Positions 53,677 through 62,957 of a stretch of DNA of 64,000 bases are shown piece by piece. Origin of the DNA: Clostridia bacterium (lineage in GTDB: Bacteria > Bacillota > Clostridia > Oscillospirales > CAG-272). Below the pieces are notes generated by a model. The model saw nothing but the letters and a program-made list of their open reading frames with translations, had not been told where the DNA came from and searched no databases. The stretch is from contig JAFTQL010000035.1 in the NCBI GenBank assembly GCA_017462795.1, positions 62,360 through 126,359 of the forward strand, given 5' to 3'. The position numbers and the translations under genes are program-made. Numbering within the stretch: the stretch's first letter is position 1; each line of letters starts with the position of its first letter.

Positions 53677-54602
53677 TTTTCGTCCTCCTCGGTCATGTAT
53701 ATTTTTGATATATATGTTTTTGACTTCCTCGGCTCTATCACATCAAATCCCGCCTCCGTCCGACCAAAGGGCGAATTTGGGGCGTTGGCAAGGCAGGTCT
53801 GAGGCTCAAGGCAGATATATCCGTCGGCGTTTCCGTTGTATATCAGCCTGAACGTGTATTTATCATCGTTCTCATAAACCACTCTCAGACCCTTGTCATA
53901 ATTCGTGAGCGTCATTATCCCCTCGCCGCCCATACGGTAATGACGGCTGATCGGCGTACCGAAGGGAGAAAATTGTCCCTCCGTCAGCTGACTTGTCACA
54001 TTGTCAAAGGCAAGCTTCCTTCCCGTTGGCAGATAGCTTTGCATATTCCGCTCGTACTCCTCGGCAATATCCACACGCACTCGCACATCTCCGTCCCCCG
54101 CAAACAGAGAATTGAACGTGGTATGAAAGCCCAGCATACACGGCATATTATGCTCGGAATGATTGATGACCTCTGTCCTGTGCGTAAGACCATCCTCAGC
54201 CAGAGAGTATTCCATGCGGATCTCAAACTCATGAGGGAAAGACAAATACGGATCGTCGCGGTCTGCCCGATAACGGCACAAGACCCGCTCTTTGCTTAAC
54301 TCGAGCAGATCAAATTCGGTTCTGTGAAGTTCTCCGTGCAAATGACAGCCCGTGTCGGGCTCGTTGACGGGGAAACGGTAGATACGTCCCTCAAATTCAA
54401 AGCTACCGCCCGATATGCGATTGACGGGGAACAGTATGGGCATTCCGTAAAGATAGGGATTATCGGGCTCGCCGTCGCCGCAAGTCGGCTCTCTGAGGAT
54501 ATGAGCTCCGTATTTTTTGTTTATCAGACTGATACAATTGGCTCCTCGGCTCAGATTGATGAGCGCGGAATAGTCACCGCAAGCGATCTCTGCCGTCTTC
54601 AT
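53673..54602 (-). CDS. Aldose 1-epimerase (mutarotase) family protein
   Basis: 309 aa. GANCISL, PILFPVNRISGGSFEFEGRIYRFPVNE and GCHLHGELH. Confidence 0.7.
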   Translation of the reverse strand: MKTAEIACGDYSALINLSRGANCISLINKKYGAHILREPTCGDGEPDNPYLYGMPILFPVNRISGGSFEFEGRIYRFPVNEPDTGCHLHGELHRTEFDLLELSKERVLCRYRADRDDPYLSFPHEFEIRMEYSLAEDGLTHRTEVINHSEHNMPCMLGFHTTFNSLFAGDGDVRVRVDIAEEYERNMQSYLPTGRKLAFDNVTSQLTEGQFSPFGTPISRHYRMGGEGIMTLTNYDKGLRVVYENDDKYTFRLIYNGNADGYICLEPQTCLANAPNSPFGRTEAGFDVIEPRKSKTYISKIYMTEEDEK

Positions 54603-54721
54603 TTTTTAAGGCTCCTCAAAATATATTCATTCTATAATATAATAATATCGGATAAAGTCTTGACTTTCAAGCAAAAACATGATAAAATATCACCAAAAAG
54701 TAAGATTTTTTCGAGGTGCGT

Positions 54722-55504
54722 ATGATCATTTACCAAACCGAGAACTTCGGAAAGCGTTATGAATACAGGAGCAATCCCCACGATAACTATGTTTCTCCGC
54801 CTCATATACATGAGTTCAGCGAGATCGCGTTTACAAAAAGCGGGATCACCACAGTGCTTCTGAACGGAAAAAAATATCTTCTTCCGGAAAACCATCTGAT
54901 CTTCATACTTCCCAACCAGATACACGAATACAGTGATGAAACATCGTCAACCATGCGATGCGCCGTATTCTCCAACGACCATATTCCCGTATTTTTTGAA
55001 AAGATCAAGGACAGACAGCTGGGCGATCCCGTCATAGACCTGACCGGGCACAAGGAGTTGCTGCGCGAGCTTGCCGCCACCGACTGGGGAGATACGCTGA
55101 GGCTTTGCGGTCTGCTGAATCTCATATGCGCTGAAATACTGGCGACTACCGACTTAGTTCCACGTACCATGGGCGAGCACTCTATATTTTACGAGGTAAT
55201 ACAGTATATCTCCCAAAACTTCAAGGAAGACATTCAGCTGAAGGACATGGCGAAAAGGTTAGGTTATCATGAAAAATATCTTTCCTCATCCCTGCATTTG
55301 CTCACCGGAATGAACTTCCGTACCTTTCTTTCGTCCTATCGCATTAATTTCGCCAAGCATCTGCTGAACTCAGGCAAGACACAAAAGCTGCGCATATCGG
55401 ACGTTGCTCTGCAATGCGGCTTTTCGTCCATCAACAGCTTCAACAGAGCGTTCCGCGAAATAACGGGCATGACCCCATCTCAATACAAAACGACCGGGCG
55501 CTGA
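54722..55504 (+). CDS. AraC-family transcriptional regulator
   Basis: I prefer the ATG at 54722 (GAGG 5 nt upstream). HTH: LGYHEKYLSSSLHLLTGMNFRTF ... CGFSSINSFNRAFREITGMTPSQYK. Confidence 0.8.
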   Translation: MIIYQTENFGKRYEYRSNPHDNYVSPPHIHEFSEIAFTKSGITTVLLNGKKYLLPENHLIFILPNQIHEYSDETSSTMRCAVFSNDHIPVFFEKIKDRQLGDPVIDLTGHKELLRELAATDWGDTLRLCGLLNLICAEILATTDLVPRTMGEHSIFYEVIQYISQNFKEDIQLKDMAKRLGYHEKYLSSSLHLLTGMNFRTFLSSYRINFAKHLLNSGKTQKLRISDVALQCGFSSINSFNRAFREITGMTPSQYKTTGR

Positions 55505-55508
55505 ACGT

Positions 55509-55558
55509 AAAAAAGGCTTCTCCATGAAAAGCATTTACTCATGGAAAAGCCTTTTTTG
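55509..55558. terminator. Bidirectional terminator between convergent regulator genes
   Basis: AAAAAAGGCTTcTCCATGA-aaagcatttac-TCATGGAaAAGCCTTTTTT. Confidence 0.75.
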
Positions 55559-55577
55559 TTTTGTACAAATATTCCCT

Positions 55578-56399
55578 TTATCTCGGTATCGCTCTGTATT
55601 CCCTCGGAGACATCCCGTATGCCCTTCGGAATATCTTTGAAAAATAGTTGTAATCCGCGATACCTACCTTACCCGCAATCTCTGTTATACGCATATCGGT
55701 ACTTTCCAGCAGACTGCACGCCTCCTCAAGACGTATGCTTTTTACATATTCAGCAGGTGTGCTGTCAAAGGAATGGGCAAAGCACGCGTACAGATCCACT
55801 CTTGACAGCTTGAATTCACGGCAAAGCGCGTTGACGGACAGATCTCCGTCAAGGTGCTTTTTTATATGGTCGCGAAGCTTTACCGCCATGCTCTTCTCCT
55901 CAAGCATAAGTCTGTTGAGATACAGATAGCTGGCGCATGCCTCCATTATAGACACCGAGGCATTTATCCTTTCCTCGTCCTGAAACTCTATATCGGAGTA
56001 CAGCTCTGCCGCCCGTTTTCCGTCAAGTCCGTACAGCCGCGCCTTTTCCTCGGCGTATTCGGGAGCGATGGGATTTCCCGCCGCCTGTCCTATCATTATA
56101 AAGCCAAGGCACTCTCCGTCCCTCAATATGGGAGTAACACACTCGGTAAGCCCCATGTGACATGTATACCTATGCAGCTTGCCCGTTTTTCGGCACACCT
56201 CAAATGCCTCCGCGTCCGATCTCACACAAGCCGCGTCTCCAAGCTTTGACGAACGGATATACCCGCAAAAGGAGCAAAAGTTCTTGGGAACGCAGGCAAG
56301 CTCTCTTCCCTCCTCGTCAAAAAAGCATATTTTTATCCCCGCAAGCTTATGAAAATCCTCAAGCAATCTCATAAGCTTTTTTTCGTCTATCTTCAACAT
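55578..56399 (-). CDS. PocR sensor domain + AraC-type HTH transcriptional regulator
   Basis: I prefer the ATG at 56399 (MLKIDEKKL, with GGGAGG 6 nt upstream). PocR-like Cys/His pattern: FCSFCGYIRSS..GDAACVRSD..YTCHMGLTECVTPI. C-terminal HTH: VGIADYNYFSKIFRRAYGMSPREYR. Confidence 0.75.
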   Translation of the reverse strand: MLKIDEKKLMRLLEDFHKLAGIKICFFDEEGRELACVPKNFCSFCGYIRSSKLGDAACVRSDAEAFEVCRKTGKLHRYTCHMGLTECVTPILRDGECLGFIMIGQAAGNPIAPEYAEEKARLYGLDGKRAAELYSDIEFQDEERINASVSIMEACASYLYLNRLMLEEKSMAVKLRDHIKKHLDGDLSVNALCREFKLSRVDLYACFAHSFDSTPAEYVKSIRLEEACSLLESTDMRITEIAGKVGIADYNYFSKIFRRAYGMSPREYRAIPR

Positions 56400-56529
56400 G
56401 TACCGCCTCCCAAGGGTAATTAGAAAAAATAAATACGAATTTACCATGTATTTATATTAATTATACTATGAATAAAGAAAAAAATCAAGTATTATTATAA
56501 TGAATTACAATAAAAAGGAGGCTGATCTT

Positions 56530-57993
56530 ATGTTTTTCCTCGGTCTTGATATCGGAACTACAAGAATGAAATGCGGAATATACAACGAGGCGGGTAATCT
56601 CGTCTATTCGGATCTCTGCGACTACGGTACTGTAGCTCGCTCAAGAGAGACCTACATTGACGTTGACACTATCTTCAACCGCGTTGTGGAAATGCTGAAA
56701 AAAGCATACGCATCTCAACCCTTTGACAGCATAGCCATCTCCTCACTGGGAGAATCCTTTGTTCTCCTTGACAGCGGCGACCGCCTGCTCTTCTCCCCTA
56801 TGCTATATACCGATCCGAGAGGCGAGGCACAGGCAGATGAGCTGTCGGCTCACTCCCAACTCATATTCTCCATAGCGGGAGTCGTCCCTCAGGGAATGTA
56901 CTCGGCATATAAGCTACTCTGGATCAAACAAAATCTGCCCGATGTATACAACAAGGCATCAAAGCTCATGCTGGTGGGTGAATACATAGGCTATCTGCTG
57001 ACAGGAGTACGCGCCATCGATTATTCACTTGCCGCAAGAACGGGCATATTTGACGTACACAAATGTCAATTCTCCCCCGAGCTTTGCGAGCTGTTCGGCA
57101 TTGACCGCGCGTTGTTCTCCCCTGCCGTCAGGTCGGGCAGTATCATAGCAACACTCAAGGATGATATAACAAGTGCCATAAATGCCACCTCTCCCGTAAC
57201 ACTTATCGCGGGAGGTCACGATCAGGTCTGCGCCGCCATCGGCGCGGGAGCTGTTGAGGCGGGTGTATGCGCGGACGGAATGGGAACTGTCGAATGCCTG
57301 ACCGCGGTATATCGGTCTCCCATGACGGATATCGACATGGGAATGTGCGGTTATCCCAATGTCCCTCACGGAGCGGAGGGTCTTTACTGCACATATCTGC
57401 TCAACTATTCCTGCGGCTCGCTTGTGCGCTGGTGGATGGACTCCGCCTACGGCGGACGGGGTCTTGGAGAGAGCGAGCTTTTCGCCGAAGCAGAACGCGA
57501 CTTTACCGATTCTCCCACAGGTCTTCTGGTGCTTCCCTACTTTGCGGGAGCGTCCACTCCATATCAGAACATAAACGCCAAGGGAGCTATACTAAATCTC
57601 GGACTCTCCGACAGTCCATCCCGCGTATATCAGGGAATACTTGAGGGACTTTGCATGGAGATGCGGCTCAATCTTGAGCTTACGTGTAAGCACGGCATAC
57701 AGCCCACCAGGATAATAGCCACGGGAGGCGGCTCTCACTCACGCAGGTGGCTGCAGATCAAGGCTGATGTAATGGGACTTCCCGTATATCCCCTCAAGGT
57801 AAAGGAGGCGGGCATCTGCGGCGGAGCGGTACTTTCGGCGGCAACACTGCTGGGTGAGGATATAGGCTCGGTCGCCCGCAGATTCGTAACGCTTGATACC
57901 CCCATAGAGCCCAGAGCCGACATAAAGAAGCAATACGACAGTGAATTTGCTAAATACCGTGAGCTTTACACCGCAATTAAAAAATTTTATTAA
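56530..57993 (+). CDS. FGGY-family carbohydrate kinase
   Basis: I prefer the ATG at 56530 (MFFLGLDIGTTRMKCGIY, with AAGGAGG 8 nt upstream). C-terminal ATGGGSHSRRWLQIKADVMGLPV. Confidence 0.8.
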   Translation: MFFLGLDIGTTRMKCGIYNEAGNLVYSDLCDYGTVARSRETYIDVDTIFNRVVEMLKKAYASQPFDSIAISSLGESFVLLDSGDRLLFSPMLYTDPRGEAQADELSAHSQLIFSIAGVVPQGMYSAYKLLWIKQNLPDVYNKASKLMLVGEYIGYLLTGVRAIDYSLAARTGIFDVHKCQFSPELCELFGIDRALFSPAVRSGSIIATLKDDITSAINATSPVTLIAGGHDQVCAAIGAGAVEAGVCADGMGTVECLTAVYRSPMTDIDMGMCGYPNVPHGAEGLYCTYLLNYSCGSLVRWWMDSAYGGRGLGESELFAEAERDFTDSPTGLLVLPYFAGASTPYQNINAKGAILNLGLSDSPSRVYQGILEGLCMEMRLNLELTCKHGIQPTRIIATGGGSHSRRWLQIKADVMGLPVYPLKVKEAGICGGAVLSAATLLGEDIGSVARRFVTLDTPIEPRADIKKQYDSEFAKYRELYTAIKKFY

Positions 57994-58031
57994 AAATTTA
58001 AAAAATTTAATTATAGAAAGGAAACACAAAA

Positions 58032-59426
58032 ATGAAATTTGCACTGTTTTTCGGAAACCGCGGCTTTATGCCCGCGGAGCTTATCGCGGGAGCGCGTACC
58101 GACATGATCAAGGCCGTTACCGACGCGGGACATGAAGCGCTGGTAATGGATGAGAACGCCACCCGCTACGGCGCGGTAGAGACCCGTGACGAGGGCTTAC
58201 TTTACGCAAGCTGGCTCAAGAGCCATGAGGGAGAATATGACGGAGTTATTCTCTGTATGCCCATCTTCATCGATGAAAACGGAGCCGTAGCGGCGCTGAG
58301 AGACGCGGGAGTACCCATACTCATGCAGGCTTATCCCGACGAGATAGGCAAAATGGACTTCAAGCACAGACGAGACGCCTTCTGCGGAAAGTTCTCGGTG
58401 ACCGATGTGTTCTATCAGTACAAGATCCCCTTCACCGTAATGAAGCCCCACGTGGTTCATCCCCTCTCTCCCGCCTTTGCCAAGAACCTTGAGGATTTCG
58501 CGGCTATCTGCCGTGTGGTAAAGGGCATGAAGAGATTCAATCTCGGTTGCATAGGCGCGCGTACCACCGCCTTCAAGACAGTTCGCTTTGATGAGGTCAC
58601 GCTTCAGCGCTACGGCATCAATGTTGAGTCCTTTGACCTGTCTGAGCTTATTTTCAAGGTACAGAACATGGCTGACGACAGCGAGGCTGTCATGGCGCGC
58701 GTCCGTGAGCTTGAGGCATATTCCGATTTCTCCCTTGTTCCGGAAAAGAATAAGAACACACTGGCTAAGATATCAGTTGTAATTGACGAATACGTAAAGG
58801 AATACCATCTTGACGCCATCACTCTCCGTTGCTGGAACGAAATGGAGACCATTCTCCGCGTTTGTCCCTGCGTTCTCATCTCCTATCTCAATGACCGCGG
58901 ACTTGTAACATCCTGCGAGATCGATCTCTGCTCCGCCATCACCATGAGAGCGATGAACCTTGCCTCCGGTAAGGCTACCGCTTGTCTTGACTGGAACAAC
59001 AACTACGGTGACAACGAAAACAAGGTCATCCTCTTCCACTGCGGTCCCGTTGCACAGAGCCTTATGGCGGGTAAGGGTACAGTCACCGAGCACAAGATGT
59101 TCGCCAAGGGCGATCCCGGAAGCGGATGGGGCTCCAACGAGGGAAGAATTGCCGATTTTGATATGACCTTCTCCAACTGCTTCACAGAGGACGGACGGCT
59201 CAAGGTATACGCAAGCGAAGCGAAATTCACAGACGAACCCATTGAAAAGGAGTTCTTCGGTTGCGGAGGCGTTGCCGAGATAGACGGTCTTGAGGATAAG
59301 CTTCTCAAGCTTGCAAAGGGCGGCTTCAAGCACCACACCACAGTAGGCGTTGGACACATGAAGTATGTTCTTGAGGAAGCCTTCAGCACATACCTCGGAT
59401 ACGACATAGTTGACATAGATAACTGA
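58032..59426 (+). CDS. L-fucose/L-arabinose isomerase-family sugar isomerase
   Basis: 464 aa. The N-terminal FFGNRGFMP...VILCMPIFIDENG pattern and the length fit the short FucI-like family. Substrate unknown. Confidence 0.7.
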   Translation: MKFALFFGNRGFMPAELIAGARTDMIKAVTDAGHEALVMDENATRYGAVETRDEGLLYASWLKSHEGEYDGVILCMPIFIDENGAVAALRDAGVPILMQAYPDEIGKMDFKHRRDAFCGKFSVTDVFYQYKIPFTVMKPHVVHPLSPAFAKNLEDFAAICRVVKGMKRFNLGCIGARTTAFKTVRFDEVTLQRYGINVESFDLSELIFKVQNMADDSEAVMARVRELEAYSDFSLVPEKNKNTLAKISVVIDEYVKEYHLDAITLRCWNEMETILRVCPCVLISYLNDRGLVTSCEIDLCSAITMRAMNLASGKATACLDWNNNYGDNENKVILFHCGPVAQSLMAGKGTVTEHKMFAKGDPGSGWGSNEGRIADFDMTFSNCFTEDGRLKVYASEAKFTDEPIEKEFFGCGGVAEIDGLEDKLLKLAKGGFKHHTTVGVGHMKYVLEEAFSTYLGYDIVDIDN

Positions 59427-59458
59427 TAACATAATTTATTCAGAAAGGAATTAACATC

Positions 59459-60316
59459 ATGCTTGCATCTCTCAAAGAAGTATGTAACATAGCCAATGAA
59501 AAAAATGTTGCCGTCGGTAGCTTTAACACACCAAATCTCGAGTGCCTTCTGGCGGTGCTTGAGGCGGCCGAGGAGCTGGATGTACCCGTTATAATTGCCC
59601 ACGCTCAGTGCCACGAGGACGTAGCCCCCCTTGACAGTATAGGACGAGTGATGGTCGAGCTCGCAAGGGCGAGTAAGGTAAAAGTCTGCGTTCACCTCGA
59701 CCACGGCGAGGATCTTGAATACTGTAAGCGCGCTATCGATCTTGGATTTACCTCTATCATGATCGACAACTCCACGCTTCCTTACGAGGAAAACATAAAG
59801 CTCACCCGCGAGGCTGTGCTTTACGCTCACGCTCACGGAGTTGACGTTGAGGCAGAGCTTGGCAGGCTTCCCTCCCGCGAGGGCGGAGTCGGCGGCGAGG
59901 TAGCGACTGAGCGCCCCGAGGATCTTTACACTGACGTAAATCTTGTAAACGACTTTATCGACAGAACTGATGTAGACGCGCTTGCCATAGCCTTCGGTAC
60001 GGCTCACGGCTTCTACAAGACCAAGCCCGTGCTCAATTTTGATGTTATAAGCGAAACAAGAAAGCGTACCGACATTCCTCTTGTAATGCATGGCGGCTCA
60101 GGCATCAGCCATGAGGAGTACAGAGAGGTCATCTCAAGAGGCATACGCAAGATCAACTACTATTCCTACATGTCCTACGCGGGATTTGCGGCGGCAAAGG
60201 CTGTGACTGCCGCTAAGGAATCGGATTTCTATCACAATCTCGCGCTTGACGTTAAAAACGCCATGAAGCAGAACGCCATCGACACGCTGAGAGTTTTCTC
60301 AAAGCTGGACGGCTGA
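59459..60316 (+). CDS. Class II ketose-bisphosphate aldolase family (FBA/tagatose-bisphosphate aldolase-like)
   Basis: 285 aa. AVGSFNTPNLE, VHLDHG, SIMIDNS and VMHGGSG. Confidence 0.8.
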   Translation: MLASLKEVCNIANEKNVAVGSFNTPNLECLLAVLEAAEELDVPVIIAHAQCHEDVAPLDSIGRVMVELARASKVKVCVHLDHGEDLEYCKRAIDLGFTSIMIDNSTLPYEENIKLTREAVLYAHAHGVDVEAELGRLPSREGGVGGEVATERPEDLYTDVNLVNDFIDRTDVDALAIAFGTAHGFYKTKPVLNFDVISETRKRTDIPLVMHGGSGISHEEYREVISRGIRKINYYSYMSYAGFAAAKAVTAAKESDFYHNLALDVKNAMKQNAIDTLRVFSKLDG

Positions 60317-60326
60317 CAGGCGGGAT

Positions 60327-61289
60327 ATGAGTATGAAAAAGCAATACGTCGCAGATCCCTCCGCGCTTTGCGGAGCTGAAAGAATAACCTTTGCCGACGG
60401 TAAAGCCGACGGCGTGGAGGCGGTAAGGATGTACAACGGCAAGCTGGATATTACAGTTGTACTTGACCGCGCCATGGACATATTCAGGCTTTTCTATAAA
60501 GGCACTCCCATTTCCTATGTCTCAAAGAACGGCCTTGTCTCTCCCAAGCTCTGCGAGACTGCTCCCTACAGCTTCCTAAACAGCTTTGACGCGGGATTTA
60601 TGTACACCTGCGGTCTTGACAATATCGGCGCGCCTGCTGAGGTCGGAGGACGAACACTGCCTCAGCACGGCAGCTTTTCCTACATTCCCGCGGAAAACGT
60701 GCATACCGAGACGAAGGAGATAGACGGAGAATATTATATCTCCCTGAAGGGTACTATGAGGTTTACCGCGCTTTTCGGAAACAACATGACTGTTGAGCGC
60801 GAGATCAGAATGAAGTACATGGGCAGTGAGGTGACCGTGACTGACACGGTTATAAACAACGCTTATGTTGACAGCGGATACATGCTGATGTATCACTCAA
60901 ATGTGGGCTATCCTCTGCTCAGCGAAAGCTCCAGGCTCACGGTGGACGGCTGTGATATCTCCCCTGTATCCGATGTTCACCACACAGAACGGTGCTTTGT
61001 ATTTGAAGAGCCCACCCCCGCCCGTCCCGAGGAGGTATACCGCCACACGCTGAAGGATGGAAAAGGAATCAAGGCAAGGCTTGAAAATCCCGATCTGGGA
61101 CTTGGAATGAGACTGTCCTTTGACACTGCGGACTTCCCCTATCTTGTTGAATGGAAGAGCATGGCATGCGGAGATTATGTCCTCGGCATAGAGCCTGTTA
61201 CCATTCCCGTGCCCGAAAGAACACTGCGTACTCTGCGTCCGGGTGAATCGGCAACGCATTCCGTAAGTTGGGAATTTTACGAGATCTGA
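60327..61289 (+). CDS. Aldose-epimerase-like (DUF4432-type) protein
   Basis: 320 aa. A beta-rich sequence with LPQHGSFSYIPA and YHSNVGYPLL. The family call rests on pattern recall and on its context next to a FucI-like isomerase. Confidence 0.55.
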   Translation: MSMKKQYVADPSALCGAERITFADGKADGVEAVRMYNGKLDITVVLDRAMDIFRLFYKGTPISYVSKNGLVSPKLCETAPYSFLNSFDAGFMYTCGLDNIGAPAEVGGRTLPQHGSFSYIPAENVHTETKEIDGEYYISLKGTMRFTALFGNNMTVEREIRMKYMGSEVTVTDTVINNAYVDSGYMLMYHSNVGYPLLSESSRLTVDGCDISPVSDVHHTERCFVFEEPTPARPEEVYRHTLKDGKGIKARLENPDLGLGMRLSFDTADFPYLVEWKSMACGDYVLGIEPVTIPVPERTLRTLRPGESATHSVSWEFYEI

Positions 61290-61302
61290 CAAAAAACAAA
61301 AC

Positions 61303-61349
61303 GACCTTCGGTATTCTTCCGACAAGAAGAGTACCGAAGGTCTTATTTA
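61303..61349. terminator. Bidirectional terminator between convergent genes
   Basis: GACCTTCGGTA-ttcttccgacaagaagag-TACCGAAGGTC, flanked by an A-run and TTATTTAT. Confidence 0.75.
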
Positions 61350-61351
61350 TA

Positions 61352-62938
61352 TTAAAAACAAATACGTATAGTATTATTTTCGGAAGATATCCGAAGGTCC
61401 TTGTCTATATGACCCTCGCTCACACGGAGCTTATAATCATATCCGTCAAAGCAGAAGCCGATCTCTCCTTTATCCGCCTGTGCCCGTGTGATAAAGCTGA
61501 GATTGGTCTTTCGGTTATTGTGATTCGCAAACTGCTTATCTCCAAACTCGGCTGTTCCGTACACACGCTCCCTATCATATACCGGACAAAGCGCAAAGCC
61601 GCGGATATCGGTCTTCAAGGCGATCTCTGACTCACCGAGTGTGATCCTTGCGTATCCAAGCTCACCGGAAAGTGTTACGACAGCCGTATCGGATGATGCC
61701 TCCTCGTATTTCATACTGTCCCAATGTATCGGCTCTCCATCCGCGGTCATATAAATACCCGCGATTATCTGCCTGTTGGGATTTGAATATATCGCGCCGT
61801 CCATCACGGGAAGATTTCTGAATTCGCAGGCATGTGTCTCACAACGCGCCCTCAGATAATGCTCTTCATATTTTTCGTCGAAAACATACATATCCCGTAT
61901 TCGGGCAATACCCTTATCAAAAAGCAGATTCATTCTGTAGAATCGGCTGTAATACCACACGGATTTCCGCTCCTCATCACGCCAGGCGCTGTCCACAGCG
62001 ATGGCGGCAGGCGGTGTTGTCCTGTAAGTACGCTTATACCACTGTCCGCTCTCTCCAAGCGTCATGACCTTGACCTTGCCTTGCCGTTCAAGCTCGGCGA
62101 TCTTTGGAAACTGATACTCAATCCCCTCTCCCATGATCTTCCATCCAAAGCTGTTCTCCTGACCCGCCTGTGTGTACTGAAAGCACAGTCCGTTTCCACA
62201 GAACACGTTATCAAAGAACCAATCGCACCACTGCGGATCGCGTCCCAGCTGTCCTGCCTCAAGAGTTGCGCAGTGCTTTATTCCGTATCCAAACAGCTGA
62301 CGGTCATATTCATACACGGGATCGGAGCCAAGCATTCTGAACACGGGCATATTGATCTGAGCCTGCTCCGTCCTTGCGGGGCAGAACATGTTGTTGACGC
62401 TTGGGTAGTACGCTTGATTATAGTATCCGCCCTGCATTGTGTATCCATCCGTTCCCACCTGATCGCGGCAGATACAACAAGCGCTGACACCGTATTTCTC
62501 CGAAAGATATCTCATAGATACCGCGTCAATATGCCATGCGCCCACAGACTGCGGATATCTTCCGTATATCTCCTTGAATCTTTCCATGCTCTCGTCTATC
62601 AGCTTCAGACGCACATCGGGAGTATAGCCGATGAGAAATCCCACGTCGCAGTACCAGTCCCAAGAATATCTTCCGTGCCATTCCTCGCCGACCGCCCTCA
62701 CAAGAGGCTCGACGATCTCAAGCCACAGACCTATCTCGCAAATATCCTCGCATTGCTTCATGATCGCCTGAAAGTCCGGAGATATCAGAGCGTCGTATTG
62801 CAGCAGGAATGTTCCTCTCAGACCGTTTTCCCGCATGATGCGTATCTGCTCTCTCACAGGCTGCTCAAGGTCAATGTTTCTTCCCTCTCTCGGCTCAACG
62901 CCGCGCACGAAGTTGATTATATTTACTATGTTCAGCAT
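61352..62938 (-). CDS. Conserved cytoplasmic protein of unknown function (~530 aa), paralogue of 16306-17814
   Basis: 528 aa. MLNIVNIINFVRGVEPR.., FLLQYDALI, EIGLWLEIVEPL, WDWYCDVGFLIGYTP. Confidence 0.7.
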   Translation of the reverse strand: MLNIVNIINFVRGVEPREGRNIDLEQPVREQIRIMRENGLRGTFLLQYDALISPDFQAIMKQCEDICEIGLWLEIVEPLVRAVGEEWHGRYSWDWYCDVGFLIGYTPDVRLKLIDESMERFKEIYGRYPQSVGAWHIDAVSMRYLSEKYGVSACCICRDQVGTDGYTMQGGYYNQAYYPSVNNMFCPARTEQAQINMPVFRMLGSDPVYEYDRQLFGYGIKHCATLEAGQLGRDPQWCDWFFDNVFCGNGLCFQYTQAGQENSFGWKIMGEGIEYQFPKIAELERQGKVKVMTLGESGQWYKRTYRTTPPAAIAVDSAWRDEERKSVWYYSRFYRMNLLFDKGIARIRDMYVFDEKYEEHYLRARCETHACEFRNLPVMDGAIYSNPNRQIIAGIYMTADGEPIHWDSMKYEEASSDTAVVTLSGELGYARITLGESEIALKTDIRGFALCPVYDRERVYGTAEFGDKQFANHNNRKTNLSFITRAQADKGEIGFCFDGYDYKLRVSEGHIDKDLRISSENNTIRICF

Positions 62939-62957
62939 TCTGTCTCTGCTCCTTTTA

